35,958 bases of DNA from Pedosphaera sp. (lineage in GTDB: Bacteria; Verrucomicrobiota; Verrucomicrobiia; Limisphaerales; SIAT01), in the NCBI GenBank assembly GCA_009691645.1, contig SIAT01000001.1, forward strand, positions 1 through 35,958, read 5' to 3'. Numbering within the stretch: the stretch's first letter is position 1; every line of letters begins with the position of its first letter. The position numbers and the translations under genes were made by a program. Below the pieces are notes generated by a model. That model searched no databases, was not told where the DNA came from, and saw nothing but the letters and a program-made list of their open reading frames with translations. Shown here piece by piece: positions 8,420 through 16,642 of this stretch.

Positions 8420-9562
8420 TCAACGGCGTTCGCCCTCGGGGCGGCGGACCGGCGGCGCATCACGCTGCGGTTTGCGAGGGTTCTCTTCTCCCTCCAACCG
8501 ACGCGGGCCGCCATCGCGCGGAGTGTTCTCCCGGATCATCTTCGCCGCGCCCTTCACGTTCTCCCAAATCACGCTCTCCCCATCCCACACGGCGGTGAGC
8601 TGCTCGCTGCCGCGGGTAATGGACTGCGCGGAAACGCGCCCGCTCGTGTTGCCTTCAAAAACCTGTTTGCCACCAATGCTCACAACGGTGCGACCATTGA
8701 CGGTCGAAACCGAGATCGCTTGAGTACGGACCTCGGACCGAACTTTCTCGCCCTCACGCTGCGGCTCACGCGGGCGAGCTTCGCCTTCCGGCCGACGGCC
8801 TTCTGGGCGAACTTCACGTTGCCCAGCGGGACGCTCAATATTCGGGCGACCCGGCTCTTCTCCGCGCGCACCTTCCAGGCGGCGCACCGGCGTACGAGCA
8901 TCTCCCTCGCGAGGGCGCGCTTCCCCTTCACGCGGTGGGCGAGGTTCGCCAGCGGGCGGACGAACTTGGCCATCGCGCGGCGGTTGGGCACTCGGACGGC
9001 CTTCACCGCCGAGTCCACCACCGGGCATCAGCATCCCAAAACCGGACGGCGACTGCTTCAGCAACTCGAGTTGCTCAGGTTTCAATGTGGGACGCACCTT
9101 CGCGATGATGCGCTGGCGGATGATGGCCATCTCGGCCTCGGCCTCGCCGAGTTTGGCGGCGGCCTTGCGGATGGCGTCGGCATCCGCTTTCTCTGCAAAG
9201 ACCACCTCGTTCAACTCGCGCCGCGCGGTCATCATCTTCTGGCCAAGACCCATCATGTCCTCGCGCACAGAATCCCACGCATGGCGCACGGCTTGGCGCT
9301 GCGTCTCGGTCAATTCGATCGGCTGAAACGGTTGCAGCGGCTGGCCACGCTGAGCTTCCGGACGGCGCTCGCCATCACGCGGTTGCTCACGGCGTTCACC
9401 CGGCGGCTGCTCGGGGCGACCCTGCTCACGGCGCGGTTCGCGGGGCGCGTCGGGACGCGGGCGTGGCTCGTCGCGCCGTTCTTGAGCGGAGACGATATTG
9501 AGGCTAACGCCCAGCGCCAGAAGCACTAAAGCGCCATTGGAAAGGGTGGGGTGAATTCTCAT
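8420..9562 (-). CDS. secreted LTXXQ (Spy/CpxP-like) protein with Arg/Glu/Pro-rich repeats and a small C-terminal beta-rich domain
   Basis: Signal peptide MRIHPTLSNGALVLLALGVSLNIVSAQ and an LTXXQ-type pair (IELTETQRQAV, TLKPEQLELL) around a helical core. The flanks are low-complexity (REQGRPEQPPGERREQPRDGERRPE; GEPRPPREGEARPREGDAR...RPEGEARPREPQREGE). C-terminus: VSTVNGRTVVSIGGKQVFEGNTSGRVSAQSITRGSEQLTAVWDGESVIWENV. Confidence 0.7.
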   Translation of the reverse strand: MRIHPTLSNGALVLLALGVSLNIVSAQERRDEPRPRPDAPREPRREQGRPEQPPGERREQPRDGERRPEAQRGQPLQPFQPIELTETQRQAVRHAWDSVREDMMGLGQKMMTARRELNEVVFAEKADADAIRKAAAKLGEAEAEMAIIRQRIIAKVRPTLKPEQLELLKQSPSGFGMLMPGGGLGGEGRPSAQPPRDGQVRPPAGEPRPPREGEARPREGDARTPVRRLEGARGEEPGRPNIERPAGQREVRPEGRRPEGEARPREPQREGEKVRSEVRTQAISVSTVNGRTVVSIGGKQVFEGNTSGRVSAQSITRGSEQLTAVWDGESVIWENVKGAAKMIRENTPRDGGPRRLEGEENPRKPQRDAPPVRRPEGERR

Positions 9563-9607
9563 AAGTTTATCAGGGCTGGGTTCGGCGCACTGTTTGGCTT
9601 CTTCTCG

Positions 9608-9633
9608 GACGGCTTACTAGTGCAAAAGGTTAC
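9608..9633 (-). promoter_or_regulatory. candidate ECF-type promoter (GTAACC-N16-CGTC) upstream of the 8420-9562 gene
   Basis: The minus strand reads GTAACC (9633-9628), a 16-nt spacer, then CGTC (9611-9608), about 45 nt upstream of the ATG at 9562. It fits the generic AAC/CGT pattern of ECF promoters. This is pattern only, with no transcript data. Confidence 0.3.
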
Positions 9634-9690
9634 ACGGTTGGAACCTTTTAGCCAGCGGCTTTTACCCCAAGTCAGCGTCAGTTTCCGAGA

Positions 9691-9719
9691 TTGACAGCAG
9701 ACCGCGATGCCCGTACTTT
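9691..9719 (+). promoter_or_regulatory. candidate sigma-70 promoter for rpsU (TTGACA-N17-TACTTT)
   Basis: TTGACA at 9691-9696, a 17-nt spacer, TACTTT at 9714-9719, about 95 nt upstream of the rpsU start. Confidence 0.35.
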
Positions 9720-9812
9720 CGCCAGCCCTGATTTTTGATTATTTTGTATTTTGACGACCAAGGCCCGCGAGAGCGTGCGGCGGCGTCCAAGCCCGAAGGG
9801 GAGTGAATTAAA

Positions 9813-10010
9813 TTGACCGAGATCAAGCTCAAGAAAGGCGAACCCGTGGAACGCGCGCTGCGCCGTTTGAAAAAACGCGTGGACCGCGAAGGCACCCTCA
9901 AAGAGGCGCGCAGCCACCGGCATTTCGAGAAACCGAGCGCGAAGAAGCGGCGCAAAATGAAAGTTGCCCGCTTTAACGCGATGCTCTCAGCTCGTTACGC
10001 CGACCTGTAA
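9813..10010 (+). CDS. rpsU: 30S ribosomal protein S21
   Basis: 65 aa: TEIKLKKGEPVERALRRLKKRVDREGTLKEARSHRHFEKPSAKKRRKMKVARF matches the S21 pattern. TTG start, with a GGGGAG SD 9 nt upstream. Confidence 0.9.
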   Translation: MTEIKLKKGEPVERALRRLKKRVDREGTLKEARSHRHFEKPSAKKRRKMKVARFNAMLSARYADL

Positions 10011-10025
10011 TCGCTGACTCTTCCA

Positions 10026-10058
10026 AGCCGGGCGCGGAATTTTCCGCCCCGGCTTTTT
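10026..10058 (+). terminator. rho-independent terminator after rpsU
   Basis: AGCCGGGCG pairs with CGCCCCGGCT (9 bp, one bulged C) around a 10-nt loop, followed by TTTTT. Confidence 0.6.
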
Positions 10059-10122
10059 CATTTCCATCGTACGTGCAATTCGCCGCTCGAATTCTCCCCC
10101 GCCCTGCCCTAAATTCCCCGCA

Positions 10123-11430
10123 ATGCGCGCCACGGCCACCGAAATCGTCCGCCGCCTGCAATCCGCAGGGCACGCCGCCTTTTGGGTGGGCGGCTGCGTG
10201 CGCGATCGTTTGCTCGGCAAGGAGCCCCAGGATTTCGACATCGCCACCAGCGCACGCCCCGAGCAGACCGAAGCGCTCTTCGCCAAAACCATCCCCGTCG
10301 GACGGCAGTTCGGTGTGATGCTTGTCATCGAGAACGGGCATCCATTCCAAGTCGCCACCTTCCGCGCCGAATCCGATTACAGCGATGGACGGCGGCCGGA
10401 CAAAGTGACCTTCTGCGACGCGCACGCCGACGGGTTGCGCCGCGACTTCACGGTGAACGGACTCTTCTTCGATCCGGTGAAGGAGGAGTTACACGACTGG
10501 GTCAACGGCCGTGCGGACCTCGAAAAGAAAATCCTCCGCACCATCGGCGACCCGTACGAACGCTTCGGCGAAGATCACCTGCGCCTGCTGCGCGCGGTCC
10601 GGTTTGCCGCGCAACTCGGCTTCGACCTCGAGCCGGCCACACTGGTCGCGCTGCAATCTCTCGCACCTCGCATCATCGGCGTCAGCGCCGAACGCATCCG
10701 CGACGAGTTGATCAAACTCTTCCAGTCGCCGCACGCCGCACGCGGTCTCGACCTCCTCCACAAGAGCGGCCTGCTGCCGCACGTGCTGCCCGAACTTGAT
10801 GCGACCCTCGCGTGCGAGCAATCACCCGACTTCCATCCCGAAGGCAGCGTGTTCAACCACATCCGCCTGCTGCTCGCGAACCTCCCGCCGGACGCCCATC
10901 CCTCGCTGCCGTGGACGGCGCTGCTGCACGACATCGCCAAACCCGCCACCGCCGTACACCAACCCGAGGGCCGCATCACGTTTTATGGCCACGAGAAGAT
11001 CGGCGCGGAGATAGCCGAATCACTCCTCACGCGGCTGCGCTTCCCGCGAAAGCAGATCGAAGAAATCGCCTTCGTCGTGCTGCACCACATGCAGTTCAAA
11101 GACGCGCCGCAGATGCGCAAAGCCACGCTGCGGCGGATGCTTCTGCGCGAGACCTTCCCGCTGGAACTGGCGCAGCACCGGCTCGATTGCCTCGCCTCGC
11201 ACGGCCTGCTCGACATCTACGATTTTCTCCAGCGCGAAGCGGCCGAGTTGGCGAATCTGCCGCAATTGGCGCCGCCGCTCGTCACCGGCGCGGACCTCCT
11301 CGCGCTCGGCCTGAAGCCCGGTCCCGCGCTCGGCGAACTGCTGCACCAGATCCGCGACAGACAGCTCGCCGAGGAACTGGCCACGCGCGACGCGGCGCTG
11401 GCGTGGGTGAAAGAAAAGACTGGCATTTGA
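10123..11430 (+). CDS. cca: CCA-adding tRNA nucleotidyltransferase with HD domain
   Basis: The N-terminal WVGGCVRDRLLGKEPQDFDIAT nucleotidyltransferase motif, RRDFTVNGLF, and a C-terminal HD region (LLHDIAKP...GHEKIGA). Confidence 0.85.
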   Translation: MRATATEIVRRLQSAGHAAFWVGGCVRDRLLGKEPQDFDIATSARPEQTEALFAKTIPVGRQFGVMLVIENGHPFQVATFRAESDYSDGRRPDKVTFCDAHADGLRRDFTVNGLFFDPVKEELHDWVNGRADLEKKILRTIGDPYERFGEDHLRLLRAVRFAAQLGFDLEPATLVALQSLAPRIIGVSAERIRDELIKLFQSPHAARGLDLLHKSGLLPHVLPELDATLACEQSPDFHPEGSVFNHIRLLLANLPPDAHPSLPWTALLHDIAKPATAVHQPEGRITFYGHEKIGAEIAESLLTRLRFPRKQIEEIAFVVLHHMQFKDAPQMRKATLRRMLLRETFPLELAQHRLDCLASHGLLDIYDFLQREAAELANLPQLAPPLVTGADLLALGLKPGPALGELLHQIRDRQLAEELATRDAALAWVKEKTGI

Positions 11431-11435
11431 ATCGC
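11421..11435 (+). promoter_or_regulatory. candidate sigma-54 -24/-12 element (TGGCAT-N5-TCGC) upstream of the sigma-54 activator gene
   Basis: GG at 11422-11423 and GC at 11434-11435 have the canonical 12-nt register of TGGCAC-N5-TTGC, with two mismatches to the consensus. It straddles the cca stop codon, 50 nt upstream of the ATG at 11485. Confidence 0.25.
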
Positions 11436-11484
11436 CGCCGTTGTTTGTTCGCCCCGTGGCCGTCGCCACACGATTTCCAACACC

Positions 11485-12903
11485 ATGGACAAGCTCCTGT
11501 TGATTGATGACGAAGCCGACGTGCGCTACTCGTTCCAGCGCATCTTCGACTCGCCCGACCTCGATCTGGCCACCGCCGCTAGCGGCGAGGAAGGACTCAA
11601 GCTCATCCCCAAATTCAAACCCGACCTCGTGCTGATGGACGTGCGGATGGGGGGCATCAGCGGCCTCGAGACACTGCGGCGCCTCCGGCAGTTCGACACG
11701 AAGCTGCCGGTGATCCTGATGACCGCGTACGGCACCACGCAGATGGCGATCGAGGCGATGAAACACGGCGCGTATGATTACGTGCTCAAGCCTTTCGACG
11801 TGCCGAAGCTCAAAGCCCTCGTCGCCGCCGCCCTCAAAGCCTCGCGCGACATGCGGCAAGTCGTCTCCTACAAGCCGCTGCTCGAATCGGAGGATTACGA
11901 GCAAGGCATCGTGGGCCGCAGCGAGCCGATGCAGAACGTCTTCAAACTCATCGGCCAACTCGCCGCCAGCGACGTCACTGCACTCATCACCGGCGAGAGC
12001 GGTACCGGCAAGGAACTCGTCGCCCGCGCCGTGTATCACCACAGCAAACGGAGCGAGAAACCGTTCCTCGCCATCAACTGCGCGGCCATCCCCGAGAACC
12101 TTTTGGAAAGCGAACTGTTCGGCCACGAGAAAGGGGCCTTCACCGGCGCCACGGCCCAGCGCATCGGCAAGTTCGAGCAATGCCACGCCGGCACGCTTTT
12201 CCTCGACGAGATCGGCGACATGACCCTGCCCACGCAGGCCAAAGTGCTGCGCGTGTTGCAGAGCGGCACCTTCGAGCGCGTCGGCGGCAACCAACCGGTG
12301 AAGGTGGATGTCCGCGTGATCGCCGCGACCAACAAACCGCTCGACCAAGCCGTGGCACGCAAGGAATTCCGCGAGGATCTTTTCTACCGGCTCAACGTCG
12401 TGCGCATCCGAATGCCCGCGCTGCGCGAACGGCGCGACGACATCCCGCTGCTCATAAATTATTTCCTGAAAAAGCACGCCAAAGGCGCGCCCAAATCCAT
12501 CTCCACCGCCGCGCTCGAGACGCTGCGGAGCCACGACTGGCCCGGCAACGTGCGCGAATTGGAGAACGCCGTGCAGCGCGCGCTCGTCGTGGCCAAAGGC
12601 GAAGCCCTCCTGCCGGGCGATTTGCCGGCCGAGATCACGCGGCCCGTGCCGAGCACGGCGAGCCTGCCCGCCGGCGCAGTGGCGGCAGACCTGCCCTCAC
12701 TGGCGCAGGCGCTCTTCCGCCTCGCGCGCGGTGACAGGCAGCTCAAGGTCATCCCCGCCATCGAACGTGAGTTGGTGATTCAGGCGATGCTGGAAACCAA
12801 GGGCAACCAAGTGCAGGCCGCCAAACTGCTCGGCATCACCCGCGCCACGCTCCGCAAGCGGCTCGAGAAATTCAAGATCAAGCTGGACCTCTCAGTGCAG
12901 TGA
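11485..12903 (+). CDS. sigma-54-dependent response regulator (NtrC/Fis family)
   Basis: Receiver domain (LLIDDE...PDLVLMDVRMGG), an AAA+ domain with Walker A GESGTGKE and the sigma-54 contact motif GAFTGA, and a C-terminal Fis-type HTH (QAAKLLGITRATLRKRLEKF). Confidence 0.92.
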   Translation: MDKLLLIDDEADVRYSFQRIFDSPDLDLATAASGEEGLKLIPKFKPDLVLMDVRMGGISGLETLRRLRQFDTKLPVILMTAYGTTQMAIEAMKHGAYDYVLKPFDVPKLKALVAAALKASRDMRQVVSYKPLLESEDYEQGIVGRSEPMQNVFKLIGQLAASDVTALITGESGTGKELVARAVYHHSKRSEKPFLAINCAAIPENLLESELFGHEKGAFTGATAQRIGKFEQCHAGTLFLDEIGDMTLPTQAKVLRVLQSGTFERVGGNQPVKVDVRVIAATNKPLDQAVARKEFREDLFYRLNVVRIRMPALRERRDDIPLLINYFLKKHAKGAPKSISTAALETLRSHDWPGNVRELENAVQRALVVAKGEALLPGDLPAEITRPVPSTASLPAGAVAADLPSLAQALFRLARGDRQLKVIPAIERELVIQAMLETKGNQVQAAKLLGITRATLRKRLEKFKIKLDLSVQ

Positions 12904-12958
12904 CGGAAAAAGGCACGGATGATTCCGCACCTTTTGTGTTGTTGAAATAAGCTTCGCG

Positions 12959-14122
12959 TTAAGCGGCCACCTTCGTCCACTTCGCGTTGCGCTTCGAGGA
13001 CTTCACGACGGCATCGATGAAGGCCATGCCGCGCACTCCATCCTCGATCTTCGGATAGTCGTTCGCGATGTCGTCCTTCGCCAGTTTCCTGCCCAGTTGC
13101 CTCGCGCGGATGGCGTTGGCGAAGTTCTTGTAGATGTTCGCGAAGGCTTCGAGATAACCCTCGGGATGCGCGGGCGGCGTGCGGCCGGCGGCCTTCGCCG
13201 CATCGCACAGATAACCATTGGCGGTGCGATAGATCTGCATCGGCTGGTCGAGCCATTTCACGAGCATCGTGTTCGGCTCTTTCTGGTGCCACTCGATGCC
13301 GCCCTTTTCACCGTACACACGGATGTTGATATTGTTCTCCTCCCCGACGGAGATCTGCGAGCTGTGCAGCACGCCTTTCGCGCCGCCTTTGAAACGGAGG
13401 AGGAGGTTGCAATCGTCGTCCAGCTTGCGGCCGGGAACGAAGGAGGTGAGGTCCGCAGCCAGTTCATCAATCTGCAGGCCGGTGATGTACTCGGCGAGAT
13501 TCTCGGCGTGCGTGCCGATGTCGCCAATGCAACCGCCCGCGCCGGAGCGTTTCGGGTCGGTGCGCCAGCCGGCCTGTTTCTGGCCGCTGGCCTCGAGGCG
13601 CGTCGCGAGCCAGCCTTGCGGATACTCGACGACGACTTTGCGGATCTTGCCTAGCTTGCCGGTCGCGATCATCTCGCGGGCCTGTTTCACGAGCGGGTAG
13701 CCGGTGTAGTTGTGCGTGAGGCCGTAAAGCAGGCCGGTCTTCTTCACGAGCGCCGCGAGCTTCTTCGCCTCGGCGAGATTGAAGGTCGCCGGCTTGTCCG
13801 AGAGGACGTGGAAGCCGTTTTCGAGCGCCATCTTCGCCGGCGGAAAATGCATGTGATTCGGCGTGACGATGGTGATGAAGTCCATCCGCTCGCCCTCGGG
13901 AAGTTGGGCTTCGGCCTGGATCATCTCCTCGAAGGTTCCGTAGCAACGATTGGCGGGCAGGAAGAAGTCCGCGCCACTGGCCTTGCTGCGCTCGGGATCG
14001 GAGGAGAACGCGCCGCAGACGAGTTCGACCTGCTGATCCATCGCCGCCGCGATGCGATGCACCGCGCCAATGAACGCGCCGCGACCGCCGCCGACCATGC
14101 CGTAACGAATTTTTCTGCTCAT
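12959..14122 (-). CDS. Gfo/Idh/MocA family NAD(P)-dependent oxidoreductase
   Basis: Starts at MSRKIRYGMVGGGRGAFIGAVHR (Rossmann GxGxxG), followed by IVTPNHMHFPPAKMALENGFHVLSDKP. ATG at 14122 is chosen over the ORF-track start at 14194. Confidence 0.85.
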   Translation of the reverse strand: MSRKIRYGMVGGGRGAFIGAVHRIAAAMDQQVELVCGAFSSDPERSKASGADFFLPANRCYGTFEEMIQAEAQLPEGERMDFITIVTPNHMHFPPAKMALENGFHVLSDKPATFNLAEAKKLAALVKKTGLLYGLTHNYTGYPLVKQAREMIATGKLGKIRKVVVEYPQGWLATRLEASGQKQAGWRTDPKRSGAGGCIGDIGTHAENLAEYITGLQIDELAADLTSFVPGRKLDDDCNLLLRFKGGAKGVLHSSQISVGEENNINIRVYGEKGGIEWHQKEPNTMLVKWLDQPMQIYRTANGYLCDAAKAAGRTPPAHPEGYLEAFANIYKNFANAIRARQLGRKLAKDDIANDYPKIEDGVRGMAFIDAVVKSSKRNAKWTKVAA

Positions 14123-14150
14123 AGGTTGTGAAGAGGAATCAAAGTAGGTG

Positions 14151-14178
14151 TTGAATACGAATGCGCGGCCTTTATAGT
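14151..14178 (+). promoter_or_regulatory. candidate sigma-70 promoter for panD-lpxD (TTGAAT-N16-TATAGT)
   Basis: TTGAAT at 14151-14156, a 16-nt spacer, TATAGT at 14173-14178, 37 nt upstream of the panD ATG. Confidence 0.35.
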
Positions 14179-14214
14179 GACGCCCGTTTTTCAAGTCAAC
14201 GTGGACTTGAGTCT

Positions 14215-14577
14215 ATGCTGGTTCATCTGCTGAAGTCGAAAATCCACCGCGCGCAGGTGACGGATTCCAACGTGAACTACGAAGGAAGCCTCACCATCGC
14301 TGCGGACCTGATGGAGCGCGTCGGCCTGCTGCCCTATGAGAAGATCCTCTGCGGCAACATGGGCAACGGCGAACGCTTCGAGACGTACGCCATCCCCGGC
14401 GAGCGCGGTTCGGGCGTGATCATCCTGAATGGCGCGACCGCCCACCTCGGCAAGAAGGGCGACCGTCTCACCATCATGAGCTTCACCGAGATGGATGACA
14501 GTGCGGCCAAGAACTGGCAGCCCCGCGTGCTGGTGCTCGCGGAAAACAACATCATCGTGAACGAACGCGGAATTTAA
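14215..14577 (+). CDS. panD: aspartate 1-decarboxylase
   Basis: MLVHLLKSKIHRAQVTDSNVNYEGSLTIAADLM contains the Gly-Ser self-cleavage site (YEGS). Also ERFETYAIPGERGSGVIILNGATAHL. ATG at 14215 is chosen. Confidence 0.92.
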   Translation: MLVHLLKSKIHRAQVTDSNVNYEGSLTIAADLMERVGLLPYEKILCGNMGNGERFETYAIPGERGSGVIILNGATAHLGKKGDRLTIMSFTEMDDSAAKNWQPRVLVLAENNIIVNERGI

Positions 14578-14580
14578 CTC

Positions 14581-15606
14581 ATGTCCTACACCGTAGCCGA
14601 GATCGCTCAGCTTTTAGGCGGCGAAGTCACAGGCGACTCCAGCCTCACCCTCAACACCTTTGCCGCAGCCGACAAGGCCGGCGCCGGCGATCTCACCTTC
14701 GCCGAGAACAAGACTTTCTTCGAGCGCGCCGAGCATAGCGCCGCTGCGGCCATCATCGTGGACAAACCGTTCACTTCGGAAAAGAAGACACTCATCCGCG
14801 TACCAGATTCGCGCCGCGCCTTCGCCAAAGTGCTCCCGCTCTTCTTCCCCGAGCCGATGCCGCCCGCCGGCATCCACCCCTCGGCGACCATCGCAGCCAC
14901 GGCGAAGATCCATTCCAGCGCGCGCATCGGCCCGCACTGCATCGTGTCCGAAGGCGTGACCATCAGCGAACACGCCTGTCTGCACGGGAACATTTACGTG
15001 GACGAAGGCTGCCAGATCGGCGAGCGCTCCGTCATCTTCCACAACGTCACGCTCTACCCGCGCACCATCGTGGGCGATCGCGTGCGCATCCACGCCGGCA
15101 CGGTCATCGGCTCGGATGGTTTCGGCTACGTCTTCGACGAAGGCGAACACCGCAAGGTGCCGCAGATCGGCAACGTCATCATCCACGACGATGTGGAGAT
15201 CGGCGCGAACGTCACCATCGACCGCGGCGCGCTCGGGCCGACGGTCATCGGCAAAGGCACGAAGATTGATAACCTCGTCCAGATCGCCCACAACGTCGTG
15301 ACCGGCGAGCATTGTCTCATCGTGGCGCAGGCGGGCGTCGCCGGCAGCACCAAGCTCGGCAACTTCGTCACGCTCGCCGGCCAGGTCGGTCTCGCCGGCC
15401 ATCTGCGCATCGGCGACAAAGTGACCATCGCCGCGCAATCGGGTGTGATGCATGACATCGGCGTCGGCGAAAAATGGTTCGGCACACCCGCCCAACCCGA
15501 TCGGCAGATGAAGCGCCAGCTCCTCGCCGCCCAGAAATTACCCGAGTTGCTCCGCCGCCTCAGCACCCTTGAAAAGCTCTTCAAAGCACGTCCACCGGAG
15601 GTCTGA
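14581..15606 (+). CDS. lpxD: UDP-3-O-acylglucosamine N-acyltransferase
   Basis: The LpxD N-terminal domain ([41 protein letters not shown]), an extended hexapeptide beta-helix and a C-terminal helix. Starts 3 nt after panD. Confidence 0.9.
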   Translation: MSYTVAEIAQLLGGEVTGDSSLTLNTFAAADKAGAGDLTFAENKTFFERAEHSAAAAIIVDKPFTSEKKTLIRVPDSRRAFAKVLPLFFPEPMPPAGIHPSATIAATAKIHSSARIGPHCIVSEGVTISEHACLHGNIYVDEGCQIGERSVIFHNVTLYPRTIVGDRVRIHAGTVIGSDGFGYVFDEGEHRKVPQIGNVIIHDDVEIGANVTIDRGALGPTVIGKGTKIDNLVQIAHNVVTGEHCLIVAQAGVAGSTKLGNFVTLAGQVGLAGHLRIGDKVTIAAQSGVMHDIGVGEKWFGTPAQPDRQMKRQLLAAQKLPELLRRLSTLEKLFKARPPEV

Positions 15607-15638
15607 AGGCCGATTGAGCCATTCTACGGAAATGACTG

Positions 15639-15666
15639 TTGACTTGTCCTGAACGTTTGTTACTTT
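15639..15666 (+). promoter_or_regulatory. candidate sigma-70 promoter for rplM-rpsI (TTGACT-N16-TACTTT)
   Basis: TTGACT at 15639-15644, a 16-nt spacer, TACTTT at 15661-15666, 25 nt upstream of the rplM ATG. Confidence 0.35.
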
Positions 15667-15690
15667 CTACCCCCCTTTACAAAGGGTCTT

Positions 15691-16125
15691 ATGAAGACAT
15701 TTCTTCCGAAAATAGATGTGGATGCGCGCAAGTGGCACGTAATCGATGCCGATGGCGCGGTGCTGGGCCGCCTCGCGGTTCAGGTCGCGAACATCCTGCG
15801 CGGTCGCAACAAACCGATTTTCACCCCGCACATCGACGCGGGCGATTTCGTCGTCGTCATCAACGCCGAGAAGGTGATTCTCACTGGCAAAAAAGAAACC
15901 GCCAAGGAGTTCATGAGCTACTCCGGTTGGAAGGGCGGCGAAAAGCGCCGGACCGTCGCGCAAGTCCGCGCCGCGCATCCCGAGCGCCTCATCATGCACG
16001 CCGTGAAAGGGATGATCCCGAAGAACCGCCTCGGCGACCGCATCCTCACCAAGCTCAAAGTGTACAAAGGCAGCAAGCACGAGCATCAAGCGCAGCAACC
16101 GGCCGTCGTCGCTGTCGTGAAGTAA
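15691..16125 (+). CDS. rplM: 50S ribosomal protein L13
   Basis: KWHVIDADGAVLGRLAVQVANILRGRNKPIFTPHIDAGDFVVVINAEKV is the canonical L13 N-terminus. Confidence 0.95.
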   Translation: MKTFLPKIDVDARKWHVIDADGAVLGRLAVQVANILRGRNKPIFTPHIDAGDFVVVINAEKVILTGKKETAKEFMSYSGWKGGEKRRTVAQVRAAHPERLIMHAVKGMIPKNRLGDRILTKLKVYKGSKHEHQAQQPAVVAVVK

Positions 16126-16131
16126 TATTTT

Positions 16132-16536
16132 ATGGCCAAGCCCACCAAGATCAAAGAATTCCTCGGCACCGGCCGGCGTAAAACCGCCATCGCCCGCGTG
16201 CGCCTCGCCACCGGTTCCGGTAAAATCACCGTGAACGGCCGTGCTTACGACAGCTACTTCTGCGTCGAAGACCAGCGCGCGATGGTCGTGCAACCCTTCG
16301 CCGTCACCGAGTCGAACGGTAAGTTCGACGTGCGAGTGAACGTCGTTGGCGGCGGCCCCACCGGCCAAGCCGGCGCCGTGCGCCACGGTATCGCCCGCGC
16401 CCTGCTCGAGGTGGATGTCGCCATGCGCCCCGCCCTCAAGGCCCAAGGTTTGCTCACTCGCGATTCGCGCGAGAAAGAGCGTAAGAAGTACGGCCAGCCA
16501 GGCGCCCGCAAGCGCTTCCAGTTCAGCAAGCGCTAA
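16132..16536 (+). CDS. rpsI: 30S ribosomal protein S9
   Basis: [14 protein letters not shown]..., [23 protein letters not shown], and a C-terminal [17 protein letters not shown]. Confidence 0.95.
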   Translation: MAKPTKIKEFLGTGRRKTAIARVRLATGSGKITVNGRAYDSYFCVEDQRAMVVQPFAVTESNGKFDVRVNVVGGGPTGQAGAVRHGIARALLEVDVAMRPALKAQGLLTRDSREKERKKYGQPGARKRFQFSKR

Positions 16537-16553
16537 ACCGATTCGTTTCCACG

Positions 16554-16587
16554 AAACCCGCCGGCCCACCGGCGGGTTTTTTGTTTT
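16554..16587 (+). terminator. rho-independent terminator after rpsI
   Basis: Perfect 11-bp stem AAACCCGCCGG / CCGGCGGGTTT with a 4-nt loop CCCA, followed by a T-tract (TTTGTTTT). Confidence 0.8.
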
Positions 16588-16642
16588 CACGAAAAATTTG
16601 CTACGCCTCTTTGGGCCTCTGCGCTAAAATCCCAGCTTCAAA

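Noticed and set aside
11020-12534. 504-aa minus-strand ORF opposite cca and the sigma-54 activator.
   Set aside because: It is antisense to genes with unmistakable Walker A and GAFTGA motifs, crosses their intergenic gap, and has no motifs of its own.
12904-12958. Possible bidirectional terminator between the convergent sigma-54 activator and oxidoreductase genes.
   Set aside because: Only a 4-bp CGGA/TCCG core pairs cleanly, so it is too weak to call.
15733-15747. Perfect TGGCAC hexamer (possible sigma-54 -24 box).
   Set aside because: It lies inside the rplM coding sequence, and the -12 position lacks the GC dinucleotide in the required register.
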